Notes under the pieces: model-generated
Databases searched by the model: none
Told to the model about the DNA's origin: nothing
The model's input: only the letters and a program-made list of their open reading frames with translations
Made by a program: the position numbers and the translations under genes
Source: Candidatus Woesearchaeota archaeon
GTDB lineage: Archaea > Nanobdellota > Nanobdellia > Woesearchaeales > SM23-78
DNA length: 64,000 bases
Assembly (NCBI GenBank): GCA_016930415.1
Contig: JAFGGS010000022.1
Span: 16,930-80,929, forward strand
Direction of reading: 5' to 3'
Part shown: positions 18,437 to 27,729 of the stretch, piece after piece
Numbering within the stretch: position 1 is the stretch's first letter
How the letters are laid out: every line of letters begins with the position of its first letter

Positions 18437-19210
18437 CTAATGTGATGATGACTTCTCCTTGAAGTAAACGTAGCTAACTATGCATCTATGGCTCGTGTTC
18501 ACGAGTATCTCTTCGCCTGTCAGGCCTTCCACGAACCCTATGCCTCGCGCTGATGGGATGAGGAGCTTCTCTTGCTCTTCTGCACTCATCTCTGCTATGT
18601 TTTTCGGGAACTCCTTCATCTCTGGCTTGTTCTTCGGGTTGAATCCTGGCCCTGCGTCTGTCGCTCTTCCGATGATGTAAGGCTTGGTTATGAGTTGTTC
18701 CATCACTACCTCATCTAGTCTTCTTTCCAGGCTTTCCTCGCGCTGAGCTCTGGAAGCTTCTTCTTCCATCCCTCTTTTCTTGTAGTCGTCTGTGCTGCCT
18801 GCGTGGCTTCCGAATATGACTGCATTGTTGAATATCTCTGATGAGCATATCTCGATGTCTTTCTGGGCGTCGCAGTCATATCCTCTGCGGCCTGCCCTGT
18901 AGGAGAATATGCGGCTCAACGTTTCGTGCAGGTTCCTGTCTGCTTGTGATTTTATCAGCGGGTATGTTCCGCTTGTGGGGGCGTGCACTAGTTGCCTTAG
19001 CCTATCATATCTCTCTAGTTCAGCCCGAAACCACCCTCTAACGAGCGGCTCTGCGTTATCGAGCTTGGCCTCGAAGCCCATTCCGAGGTGTGGGTTCAGG
19101 CGAGAGAAGTCGTATATCTTGACTTCTCCTGAGCTTGCGACTACGCATTGGCTTAGTTCTGTTGGTCTTACGATTCTGCTTCTAGGTCTGGTTTCTGCAG
19201 ACAGATTCAT
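18437..19210 (-). CDS. hypothetical protein
   Basis: 257-aa ORF; no confident family assignment. Confidence 0.35.
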   Translation of the reverse strand: MNLSAETRPRSRIVRPTELSQCVVASSGEVKIYDFSRLNPHLGMGFEAKLDNAEPLVRGWFRAELERYDRLRQLVHAPTSGTYPLIKSQADRNLHETLSRIFSYRAGRRGYDCDAQKDIEICSSEIFNNAVIFGSHAGSTDDYKKRGMEEEASRAQREESLERRLDEVVMEQLITKPYIIGRATDAGPGFNPKNKPEMKEFPKNIAEMSAEEQEKLLIPSARGIGFVEGLTGEEILVNTSHRCIVSYVYFKEKSSSH

Positions 19211-19296
19211 GACTCTATAGTAGGCAAACCAAATATATAAATCTTCTTACGTCATCATACTTTTTTCCGAAATTGTTTCAGATGCTTTTTTCAACA

Positions 19297-19308
19297 AACT
19301 ATTTAAAG
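19297..19308 (+). promoter_or_regulatory. archaeal TATA-box-like element about 27 nt upstream of ATG 19331 (leaderless)
   Basis: aactatttaaag followed by ATG at 19331. Confidence 0.4.
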
Positions 19309-19330
19309 CTAGTAGCCCCTTGTCAAGACC

Positions 19331-20968
19331 ATGTGGAAGATACCCAGGCGCTTTGCCGGGATAAAGAGGTTTGAGCAGATAGTAGGTGTTCTGTCCAGCC
19401 ACGGCTGGGACTTCTTCCTGGAAAAAAGCGGCCTTAAGAAGAAGTCCTTGTGGACCAAGAAGTACGAGAGCAGACCTGTGGAACTTAGGATGCTCTTTGA
19501 GGAGCTTGGAGGCTCGTTCATCAAGTTCGGCCAATTCCTAAGCCTTAGGCCTGACCTCATCCCTAAAGAGTTCTGCAATGAGCTCTCAAAGCTCCAGGAT
19601 TCTGTCGAGGGTTTCTCTTACGAGGAGGTCGAGCACATCGTCAAGCACGAGCTCAAGAAGCCAATAAAGGCTCTCTTCAAGAGCTTTGAGAAGAAGCCCA
19701 TCGCAGCGGCTAGCATAGGCCAGGTGCACGCAGCGACCCTAAAGAGCGGCAAGAAGGTCGCGGTCAAGGTGATGAGACCAGGCATCCGCGCGCTCTTTGA
19801 GACTGACCTTGAGATCCTCGACTACCTCTCAAGGCTTGTCAAGCACCACTTCGACCCTGAAGTGTTTGATCCTGAGGAGATATTCGACGAGTTCAAGCGC
19901 TACACAGAGAACGAGCTAGACTATCTTAAGGAGGCTCGGAACATAAAGCTCTTCAGGGACATGTTCAAGTCTGACAAGAAACTCATAATCCCCAAAGTAT
20001 ACGATGATCTGTCCACCAAGCGAATCCTGGTCATGGAGTACGTCCCCGGCATCAAGCTCTCTGACATAATCCACGAACCAGGCAGATTCAAGAAGGTCAA
20101 CAAGACCAAGCTTTGCAAGGACTTGGCAGAGTCGTTCATGAAGCAGATATTCCTTGTAGGTGACTTCCACGCAGACCCGCACCCAGGGAACATCATCGTA
20201 AGCAAGACCAAGATAGCCCTTCTGGACTTCGGGATCATAGGCCGGCTTGATGACGAGATGAAGGAAAAGCTAGGGGGTCTCCTCCTCGCCGTAGTCAACA
20301 GGAATCCTGACGAGATCGTGACTGCGATGATGAATCTCAACTTGGTAGACACTGCGGTCGATCGCTTCCGCTTAAGAGAAGAGATCATAGACCAGCTAGG
20401 CGAGTTCTACGATGTGCCATTGGAGAAGATGGACATAGCCGAGCTCTTCTTCAGGTGCATCGACATCGCGAGGCGCCACAAGATAAAGATCTCGAGAGAG
20501 TTTGTCCTCCTTGGAAAGAGCTTGGTGACGCTCAAAGGAGTGTGCTTGGAGCTGAACCCGAAGTTCAACATAGTCCAGGAGAGCAAGAGCTTCATGAAGA
20601 CCTTGATGGCTGACAAGAGGAACCCGAAACACATAATAAAGCGCATCGCTGCCGAGTCTGAGAGGTTCGCCCGCTTTGTCCATGACATCCCAGACCAGAC
20701 CAGGAAGATATTCGGCCTAGTCTCCAAGGCAGACACTGCCCTCGACACAATCAACCACGATATTTTCATCCTGACAAGGGAGGTCAGGAAGGAGAGTATA
20801 CGCGTCGTCTTAGGAGTGATCGTTGCCGCGCTCATAATATCTTCAAGCGTGACTATCGGGATAGACCCGACCCTCAGCAAGGCCTTCGCCTTGTTCGCAG
20901 GGATCATGCTGGCCTTCATGATGCTCTCCATTTTCTTTGATGGATTCAGGAGAAATTCTATGCTTTGA
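19331..20968 (+). CDS. ubiB: UbiB/ABC1 (aarF-domain) atypical protein kinase with C-terminal TM segments
   Basis: AAASIGQVHAATL...KVAVKVMRPG, DFHADPHPGNIIV motifs of ABC1/UbiB family. Confidence 0.8.
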   Translation: MWKIPRRFAGIKRFEQIVGVLSSHGWDFFLEKSGLKKKSLWTKKYESRPVELRMLFEELGGSFIKFGQFLSLRPDLIPKEFCNELSKLQDSVEGFSYEEVEHIVKHELKKPIKALFKSFEKKPIAAASIGQVHAATLKSGKKVAVKVMRPGIRALFETDLEILDYLSRLVKHHFDPEVFDPEEIFDEFKRYTENELDYLKEARNIKLFRDMFKSDKKLIIPKVYDDLSTKRILVMEYVPGIKLSDIIHEPGRFKKVNKTKLCKDLAESFMKQIFLVGDFHADPHPGNIIVSKTKIALLDFGIIGRLDDEMKEKLGGLLLAVVNRNPDEIVTAMMNLNLVDTAVDRFRLREEIIDQLGEFYDVPLEKMDIAELFFRCIDIARRHKIKISREFVLLGKSLVTLKGVCLELNPKFNIVQESKSFMKTLMADKRNPKHIIKRIAAESERFARFVHDIPDQTRKIFGLVSKADTALDTINHDIFILTREVRKESIRVVLGVIVAALIISSSVTIGIDPTLSKAFALFAGIMLAFMMLSIFFDGFRRNSML

Positions 20969-21092
20969 GTTCTCACAAACGCCTACGCGCTCCGTGCAAA
21001 CATCTATAAGATTAAGTTACCTATTCTTCATTTATCGCCTAGTCATTCCCTGACTCCGCTAGGCGTAGGCGGCGTTTGTGAGGGCCTTTTCC

Positions 21093-21266
21093 TTAATAAT
21101 GTCCTGAGTGGAAGTGCGGAGTCCTTATGTTGATCTTGTAGCCGCACTCGCAGATCGAGTGGAGGTAATGCACTTCCCTCCAGAACTTAGGCTTCCAGTC
21201 CTTCCCATGCGCCTTCCTGCAGGAAGGGCAGATTGCCTCTAAGTGTGCTGACTTGAACATGTTCAT
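21093..21266 (-). CDS. small Cys4 zinc-ribbon protein (57 aa)
   Basis: MNMFKSAHLEAICPSCRKAHG...ICECGYKIN; below ORF-track cutoff; manually translated without internal stops. Confidence 0.35.
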   Translation of the reverse strand: MNMFKSAHLEAICPSCRKAHGKDWKPKFWREVHYLHSICECGYKINIRTPHFHSGHY

Positions 21267-21395
21267 GTATTACCAATCGCTCCTCTTTTGTGTTGTCTCT
21301 TGGAATCTCTGCGAGGATGCTTTCAAGGCACCCCATGTCTGTCTCTTACATTCACTGCGTTTCTGTCTTAAATCCTAGAATGCATACTCAAGTTT

Positions 21396-22550
21396 TTAAT
21401 GCTTATTTATAAAGCTAACTGTTTTAAAGATGGTTATCGGAGCCTGCTGCTGGCTGGCATACGCCTTTAAGGCCTCTATGGCAAAGCCTGTCGTGAGCTC
21501 TTCTGAACCGTATGAAAATGAATCGAACGGCCCGGCTATGAACAAGGCGCCTCTTGGCCACGAACCGTCTTCTCCTTGAGTCTTGAGGAGCCTAATCACC
21601 CCGCCCCTGACTTCTTCACCTGAATATCCCAGGTTAATGAGCGTATCCACTGCGAGCGCTGTTTCGAGCTCGTTTCCAAAAGACCCGTCGTGCATCCTGG
21701 AAGACAGGGTCTGGCCTATTATTATCTCCTTGCTGCTGTCAAGACAGCTCACATTGCTCCTTATGGCCCTTGATAGCATGTAGTTCCTGGCCAGCCTATT
21801 CGGATAGAATTGGGAGCAGTTCTCATTGTTCTTGACTGCTCGGTTGATGAAATCGCATACCTCAGGATACTGGTCTCCTAGGTATAAGAGCACGTTCACG
21901 TTCACGATGCAGTCTACTATGCCGTATTCTCCTTCACGATCGTCTTCTTTTATCCACGTGTAGAACAATCCTTCCGGATTCCTGTTATCAAGGAATGCTC
22001 TAGTATTGTCCTTGAGTTTCATCCCGTTCATCTTCAAAGCGAGTGAGGCAGCAGCGGTGTCGTCAAGGTCAGGCACTATATCCTGGGTGTTCCTGCTGGA
22101 GTAATACCTCCATATCCCTCCCGGCATCTTCTCGCCTGATAAGAACTCAAGTCCTTTCCTTGTAATGTCCGCGACTTGAGCATTATCATTGAGGTTCCTT
22201 ACTGAGTATAGTATGAGCGCTGTCGCGAATGGCGAGCTGTCAAAAGCGCATTCACTCATCTCCTCATATTGTTCGCTTCTGCACCTGTAAGTCCTGAACT
22301 CCCCGTAGTCCAGTTGCGACTCGTATAGGAACGCAATCGCCTTTTCCAGGGAGCGGTTTATCATGATGCTCTCTTCAGAGAGGTGTTTCTGGCTGTAGAT
22401 TAAGCTGCTCCCCTGACGATTCAGTCTGCTTATCAAGAAGATGCTGGCTGAGATGAGAAGCGTCAAGATGAGAATGGAGAAAAGGATTATCCTTGTGTTC
22501 CAGGATTGTATGCTGTTCCTGTTATCTTGACTTTTCCGTCTTCTTCGCAT
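21396..22550 (-). CDS. membrane-anchored prenyltransferase/class II terpene-cyclase-like alpha/alpha-toroid repeat protein with DxDDTA motif
   Basis: N-terminal TM, VPDLDDTAAASLALK (DxDDTA as in squalene-hopene cyclase), repeated GxWxxx motifs (GGIWRYY, DGSWPRG, DGSFGNE). Confidence 0.45.
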   Translation of the reverse strand: MRRRRKSQDNRNSIQSWNTRIILFSILILTLLISASIFLISRLNRQGSSLIYSQKHLSEESIMINRSLEKAIAFLYESQLDYGEFRTYRCRSEQYEEMSECAFDSSPFATALILYSVRNLNDNAQVADITRKGLEFLSGEKMPGGIWRYYSSRNTQDIVPDLDDTAAASLALKMNGMKLKDNTRAFLDNRNPEGLFYTWIKEDDREGEYGIVDCIVNVNVLLYLGDQYPEVCDFINRAVKNNENCSQFYPNRLARNYMLSRAIRSNVSCLDSSKEIIIGQTLSSRMHDGSFGNELETALAVDTLINLGYSGEEVRGGVIRLLKTQGEDGSWPRGALFIAGPFDSFSYGSEELTTGFAIEALKAYASQQQAPITIFKTVSFINKH

Positions 22551-25122
22551 CGAGAGAACTCTCCGAGTTCTTTGTGTCAGAGGCTTTGCCTCTGAGCACG
22601 TCGAGCTCCTTCTTGAATCTCAGGATCGTCTTTAGCACGTGCTCAGGCTGGGTCTGGAGGATGTCTGCGAGCTTGACGAGCACGTCTGTTCCCTTATACT
22701 CCTCATCTGAGACCAGCTTGAGCTCCTTCAGCTGTTCTGGAGTCGCGCCACCTTTTCCAAGCTTTCTTGCCTTCTTCCACTTTAAGAAAAGCTCCTCGAC
22801 CCTTGAAGGCAGCCTTCTTTCATCGACGCCTAGCGCTGTGCTTGCCTCCTTCAGGATGTCCTTCTCTTTAGATAACGTTTTCTCTGCTGCTTCTCCTGCA
22901 GTGAACTCGATCCTCACGATGCCGTCCTGGATTTTGGTGGACTTGAGCAGCTTTATGATCTTGGTCTCTCCTGTCAGGTTGAGGTGAGTGCCTCCGCAGG
23001 CCTCGACGTCAAGCCCCTCGATCGACACGACCCGTATCTCTTTGCCCGGCACAGCTCCCCCTTGGTAGAGCACGAAGCCGTACTTAGCCTCTGCGATGCT
23101 CCTTGGCATGAAGCTCTTGTAGATCGGAAGGTTCATCTCGATCACCTTGTTCGCCAAGTCTTCTATCTTCCTCATCTCAGCGTCAGATAACGCGTCGTAG
23201 TGCGTGATGTCCAGCCTTGCCTTCTCAAGGCTCTTAGAGGCTCCTGCCTGCCAGATGTGATTGCCGAGCACCTGCCTTGCGACGCCGTTTATGATATGGG
23301 CTGCGGTGTGGTGCTGTGTGAGCTGGAGCCTTATGCTCGAGTCAACCCTGCCTTGCACCTTGTCGCCTGCCTTGAACTTGGGCTTGTCCTTCATGACATG
23401 GATGATGACTGCGCCTTGCTTGAATATCTCGACTACCTCGTCCCCAGATATCTTTCCCTTGTCATGGAGCTGCCCTCCGCTCGTGGGATAGAAGACTGTC
23501 CTGTCAAGCACGACTAGCTTGTCATCTATGATCTTGAGTACTTGGGCTTCGAAGTCCAGGTAGTCGTAGGCGTCGAAGTAGAGCGCCTTAGTGGCTGGGA
23601 TCCCTTTCAGGTCGAGCTCTTTCTCCTTCCTGGTCTGGGTCTTCTGCTCTCCCTTCTCATGCCTCTCTGCGACTAGCGCGAAGAAGTTGTCAGGTATCTC
23701 GACGCGCATTCCTAGCTTCTTGGCCTCTTCCTTTACAGTCTCAGGGCTCACTCCCTGGCTGTCGTATAGCTCTATCAGCTTCTTGGTAGTGACTTCCTTG
23801 CCGCTCTTGAGCAATTGGTCCACGACCTGGGCTCCCTTCTTCTTGGTCTGGTAATATTTCTGCTTCTCGTTCTCAAGGACCTTCTTAACGTCCGAGAGGT
23901 TGTTCTTCAGGTCCGGGTAGATCGGTTCTAGGTAATCTGCGTGCCACTCGCACACATCCACCAAGTCTATCTTCCATCCGTACGACTCTATGAAGTCCAT
24001 AGCCCTCCTGAATATGACCCTCAAGTTGTAATATCCGCCGACGTTCGAAGGAAGGCCTCCGTCGCTTATCGAGAAAAGGAGCGCTCTTGCGTGCTCTGCG
24101 ACTGAGTAGAGCGCTGTCATGGGCTGTATCTTGGCCTTGAGCTCCTCCACAGGGACTTTGACCTCTGACGCGATCTCACTCCACACCGCATCGACGTCTT
24201 CCACTTCGTCGAAGTTGAGCTTTGTCGCGAGGGGCGCGAACTTCTTGTAGAGCGCGTGGTCGAACTCGACGCCGAGCTTATCCTTGAGCTTGTCGATCAC
24301 AGTCGGGAAGGCGGCGTCGTAGACTGTCGGTGCTCCCTGGCTGAACCATGCGACCCGCTCCATCCCAAGACCCATGTCGAGCACCTTGATCCTGAGTTCC
24401 TTATCTCCATGGTCTGAGTGCTCGAACATCATGTAGACCTGGTTGAACAGCTCGACTCCCCTGCTGAAGAACTCCATGCAAGGCCCGAAGTTCCCTCCGC
24501 CAGCCCAGGAGTCCTCGTGAAGCGTGAGCTCCTCCTTCGGGACGCCCACTTCCTTTGTTATGTACTCATAAATATCCTTGAACGCCTGCTCCTGGCTCCA
24601 CTCCTTCGGCTCGACGAACATGTGCTGTCCTATCATCACGAATCCAGTGCAGTGGCTTCCAGTCACTCCAACGTTGTCTATATCCCCAAATCTTAAGCAG
24701 AACTGGGGAATCACGAGCTTCCTTGCCGGCGGATCGCACTCTCCGCTTATGACATAGGGCTGGAACGCTGCGATGCTCGCGTTGGTGAAGTAAGTCGTCG
24801 GGTTCCAGCGGGCGATAACAGGATACCTGGTAACTGCGTGGTAGCCTCTCTTCTCAAAGAAGCCTTTGAACCCAAGCCAGACCCCGACAAAGTCGATTTT
24901 CCTCTTTACAGGAGGCTTGTCGAATATGTCGACTCTGCCTCTGCAAGCCGCGTCTCCGCACGCATCCTGGCCTTTGTGGACAGTCCAGTAGTAAAGGCCG
25001 CACTTGGGGCACTTCTTTCTCACAAACCCCTCTGCCTTGAGTACGCTCGTCGCGTAGTACTTGTCAGGCTCAAGCGCGGCCATCGCCTTGAACTTCTTCT
25101 TGAGCTCCTTGTCTGAAAGCAT
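22522..25122 (-). CDS. alaS: alanine--tRNA ligase (archaeal type)
   Basis: 866 aa; HTAAHI and CGGTH editing-domain motifs, archaeal AlaRS N-terminal zinc-binding region. Confidence 0.9.
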   Translation of the reverse strand: MLSDKELKKKFKAMAALEPDKYYATSVLKAEGFVRKKCPKCGLYYWTVHKGQDACGDAACRGRVDIFDKPPVKRKIDFVGVWLGFKGFFEKRGYHAVTRYPVIARWNPTTYFTNASIAAFQPYVISGECDPPARKLVIPQFCLRFGDIDNVGVTGSHCTGFVMIGQHMFVEPKEWSQEQAFKDIYEYITKEVGVPKEELTLHEDSWAGGGNFGPCMEFFSRGVELFNQVYMMFEHSDHGDKELRIKVLDMGLGMERVAWFSQGAPTVYDAAFPTVIDKLKDKLGVEFDHALYKKFAPLATKLNFDEVEDVDAVWSEIASEVKVPVEELKAKIQPMTALYSVAEHARALLFSISDGGLPSNVGGYYNLRVIFRRAMDFIESYGWKIDLVDVCEWHADYLEPIYPDLKNNLSDVKKVLENEKQKYYQTKKKGAQVVDQLLKSGKEVTTKKLIELYDSQGVSPETVKEEAKKLGMRVEIPDNFFALVAERHEKGEQKTQTRKEKELDLKGIPATKALYFDAYDYLDFEAQVLKIIDDKLVVLDRTVFYPTSGGQLHDKGKISGDEVVEIFKQGAVIIHVMKDKPKFKAGDKVQGRVDSSIRLQLTQHHTAAHIINGVARQVLGNHIWQAGASKSLEKARLDITHYDALSDAEMRKIEDLANKVIEMNLPIYKSFMPRSIAEAKYGFVLYQGGAVPGKEIRVVSIEGLDVEACGGTHLNLTGETKIIKLLKSTKIQDGIVRIEFTAGEAAEKTLSKEKDILKEASTALGVDERRLPSRVEELFLKWKKARKLGKGGATPEQLKELKLVSDEEYKGTDVLVKLADILQTQPEHVLKTILRFKKELDVLRGKASDTKNSESSLDAKKTEKSR

Positions 25123-25210
25123 GCAGATAAGTGACTATTCTGGGCTTTATTAAGCTTTTCCTGCTTCGCAGCAGTAACTTTTTTAAATAACACTGTTAAC
25201 CTTCCAGCTT

Positions 25211-25816
25211 ATGAGGAGGCGGGAGAAGGAGAAGAAGAGCGAGAAGACGAAGCAGATAGTCATGAGTTCGTTTCTCGCGCTCGTGATGATACTCTCGGTC
25301 TTCGGGATAATCATTGGTTCCCAGTCCAGCGAGCTGAAATATGGCAAGTACAAGTTCGAGAGGAAGGACAATTACTACACGACCAAGATAGACGGCAAGG
25401 AGCTGTACTTCTACACGCTCCCCTTTGATACTAGCTACATCAACCTCTCGGATGAGACTGTTGACAAGATCAGGTCCTCGGCTTACCTTATCACCAGCTT
25501 CAACGCAGGAGCTGCGAACGAGAGCCTACCCGCGATTGAGCTCGTCAGGTATGACCTTGCGAATCTCTTGCCTGAGAAGTTCATCTTTGACGGCGTCGAA
25601 GAGCCTCACCCCCTCTACGAGGCCCTCTCTGTGCTTGGATGCGCCAACGCGACCCTAGGCGCTCCTGCCCTGATATTCAACATCTCAGACTCCATGAGTA
25701 TAGTCGATGCTGGCGATTGCATCTACTTCAACGGAAGGGGAGCTGACTTCCTTCGCTTGAGGGATCGCTTGCTCTATTCTTATTACGGGGTGTATGATGA
25801 CGCAGAGCAGCAGTGA
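25211..25816 (+). CDS. hypothetical membrane-anchored secreted protein (paralog A)
   Basis: N-terminal TM; shares YxxPFxxxxI and C-terminal RLRDRLLYSYYGV-like motif with the next ORF. Confidence 0.4.
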   Translation: MRRREKEKKSEKTKQIVMSSFLALVMILSVFGIIIGSQSSELKYGKYKFERKDNYYTTKIDGKELYFYTLPFDTSYINLSDETVDKIRSSAYLITSFNAGAANESLPAIELVRYDLANLLPEKFIFDGVEEPHPLYEALSVLGCANATLGAPALIFNISDSMSIVDAGDCIYFNGRGADFLRLRDRLLYSYYGVYDDAEQQ

Positions 25817-26552
25817 GGATCCTAGGAAGGAGCATCACCACGCGCATCCTGCGAACGTGAAGAAGGTCGTGAGGAGTTGCCCTAATGACCCTCGGGAAGA
25901 GCTGAGCCCTGAAGAAGAGGCCCGTATTTCTAAGAATAGCACGTTTTATCTCATACTGATCTCTTCTGTTCTCATCCTGACCTTGCTTGGCCTTATCTTC
26001 GTGCCTCAATACTTCCGAGAAGCGAAGCTTGAGAGCGATAAGTACAACCACTTCGAATTCGTCCAGCAGGCAGATGGATTCTGGTACACTGTAGTGAACA
26101 AGGGAGACCAGCCTTACTCGATTCCATTCTATTATCACCCGAGGGACTTGGAGGATGTAATCGTGGCTGAGAACGTGCGTCAGAAGTTCTTTGACGTGCG
26201 GGATAAGGGCGGGATGATATATATAACCCTTGACCCTGACTCTGAGAGCAACAAGATAATAATCGCGGGCGTGGAGATCGCGAGGATAACTGGTGACCGC
26301 TATGGCTTACTCAACGTGGCGACCAAGTCAGCCTTCACGCATCCGCCTTCGAACGCGAGCGTGAACACAGCGACGCCTATAAAGACGTGTAACGACGCTG
26401 ACAACAGGACCTTGGTGGTCTGGCTTACTGTCTCGAACAAGAACCTTGTGAGTGCCGTCGGCAACTGCATCGTGGTCGAGGCTAAGGACTACAACGAGAC
26501 TGTCCGCGTGGCAGACAGGCTGATGTACAGCCTGATGGGCGTGATGAGCTAG
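25794..26552 (+). CDS. hypothetical membrane-anchored secreted protein (paralog B)
   Basis: N-terminal TM; C-terminal RVADRLMYSLMGV similar to paralog A; 23-nt overlap with upstream gene. Confidence 0.4.
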   Translation: MMTQSSSEDPRKEHHHAHPANVKKVVRSCPNDPREELSPEEEARISKNSTFYLILISSVLILTLLGLIFVPQYFREAKLESDKYNHFEFVQQADGFWYTVVNKGDQPYSIPFYYHPRDLEDVIVAENVRQKFFDVRDKGGMIYITLDPDSESNKIIIAGVEIARITGDRYGLLNVATKSAFTHPPSNASVNTATPIKTCNDADNRTLVVWLTVSNKNLVSAVGNCIVVEAKDYNETVRVADRLMYSLMGVMS

Positions 26553-26597
26553 GTGTCGCTTATCCTATGTATGCCTGTTTTCTGAATGATTTATACT

Positions 26598-26612
26598 AAC
26601 TATTTATATACC
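26598..26612 (+). promoter_or_regulatory. archaeal TATA-box-like element about 25 nt upstream of ATG 26633
   Basis: aactatttatatacc; leaderless arrangement. Confidence 0.4.
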
Positions 26613-26632
26613 TGTGCGCATTTCCTTTCTTC

Positions 26633-27118
26633 ATGTCAGAGTTAGCTGTTGGGAAGCAGTCATCTAAGCCTGAAGGTTATGAGCGCTTGGATCCAGTGAG
26701 GCGAGGGACTTATTTTGACGTATACGCTCCTAGATCTGGTGTTGACGCTGATCGCGTGCTCGTATTCCATGCTAAAGGGAAGATCACGCTCGGAGAGGGG
26801 GACTCTGAATTAGAGGTGCTGGCCAGGGAATTCTCTGATAGGAAAGTGATTCTGGATATGGGAAACGTGTCTTACGTCGACTCTACAGGGCTTGGTGCCC
26901 TTGTCCTCGGTCATAGCATACTCCGCAAGCACGCGGGCAAGTTTAGGCTCTGCAACCTGTCTGAGAAGCTTCTGGCATTGCTAAATGCAACGAGTCTGCT
27001 GAATACGTTCGAGCTAAGCTGTGATGTTCCAGACGCACTGGGCGGTGTCCTAGCTAAGTATGAACAAGTAACTTCTATGGTATCTGGAACTAGATATGCT
27101 CTAGTCAGGAAAGTATGA
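26633..27118 (+). CDS. STAS-domain (anti-sigma-factor-antagonist-like) protein
   Basis: VILDMGNVSYVDSTGLGALVLGHSILRKHAGKFRLCNLSEKLLALL resembles the SpoIIAA/STAS fold sequence pattern. Confidence 0.5.
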   Translation: MSELAVGKQSSKPEGYERLDPVRRGTYFDVYAPRSGVDADRVLVFHAKGKITLGEGDSELEVLAREFSDRKVILDMGNVSYVDSTGLGALVLGHSILRKHAGKFRLCNLSEKLLALLNATSLLNTFELSCDVPDALGGVLAKYEQVTSMVSGTRYALVRKV

Positions 27119-27156
27119 GAGAATGACTTCTACGGTCTTACAGAACTTTACCTGTT

Positions 27157-27558
27157 TTAGTCAAGAGGTGACTCTTCTGCCGAGAGGTGTAGGTCGTAGC
27201 TGACCTCTTCTATCTTCTCGTCCTCGAAGGAGACGAACCGAAACGACAGTCCCAGGCGCATGAGCGCGGTGATCGTGGCTGTGTGTTCCTTGCCTGTGCC
27301 CGAGTCTATGTTGAGCGCGACTTCCAGGCCCTTGGCCTTGCCTTTGAGCTGGGATGCTATGGAGTCCCTGATCTTCCCGACGCTCGTCTCGCTGTCTATT
27401 ATCACTGCATGGACGTTTTGTTTCTCGAGCTTCAGGTTGTTCTTGGTCCATTCGTTCATGATTAGGAAGACGTTCTCGAACTCCGGCCTTGCGGCTAGCT
27501 TCAATACGTTCGTCCAGGTGCCTTTGCCCACCCCGAGCACTGCTACGAAGTCAGTCAT
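27157..27558 (-). CDS. hypothetical protein
   Basis: 133-aa ORF MTDFVAVLGVGKGTW...; no clear family. Confidence 0.35.
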   Translation of the reverse strand: MTDFVAVLGVGKGTWTNVLKLAARPEFENVFLIMNEWTKNNLKLEKQNVHAVIIDSETSVGKIRDSIASQLKGKAKGLEVALNIDSGTGKEHTATITALMRLGLSFRFVSFEDEKIEEVSYDLHLSAEESPLD

Positions 27559-27729
27559 GGCTTTAGGGATGCTTTTCGCGGTTTTTAAAACTTGCGAGAA
27601 AAGAGGATCGGTCGCCGCGATAGCCAGCCTGACAGCGGATTACGCGGCGCGTTGAACAAGGAGAGATCGGATGAAGAAAGAATAAAATAAAGAAAAATAA
27701 AATAATTTGGCGGAAGAATTTTGCGCGCA

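Noticed and set aside
18437-19210. Possible Thg1-like tRNA-His guanylyltransferase
   Set aside because: Only a vague SDxYxxKR resemblance; canonical DGRxFH motif absent
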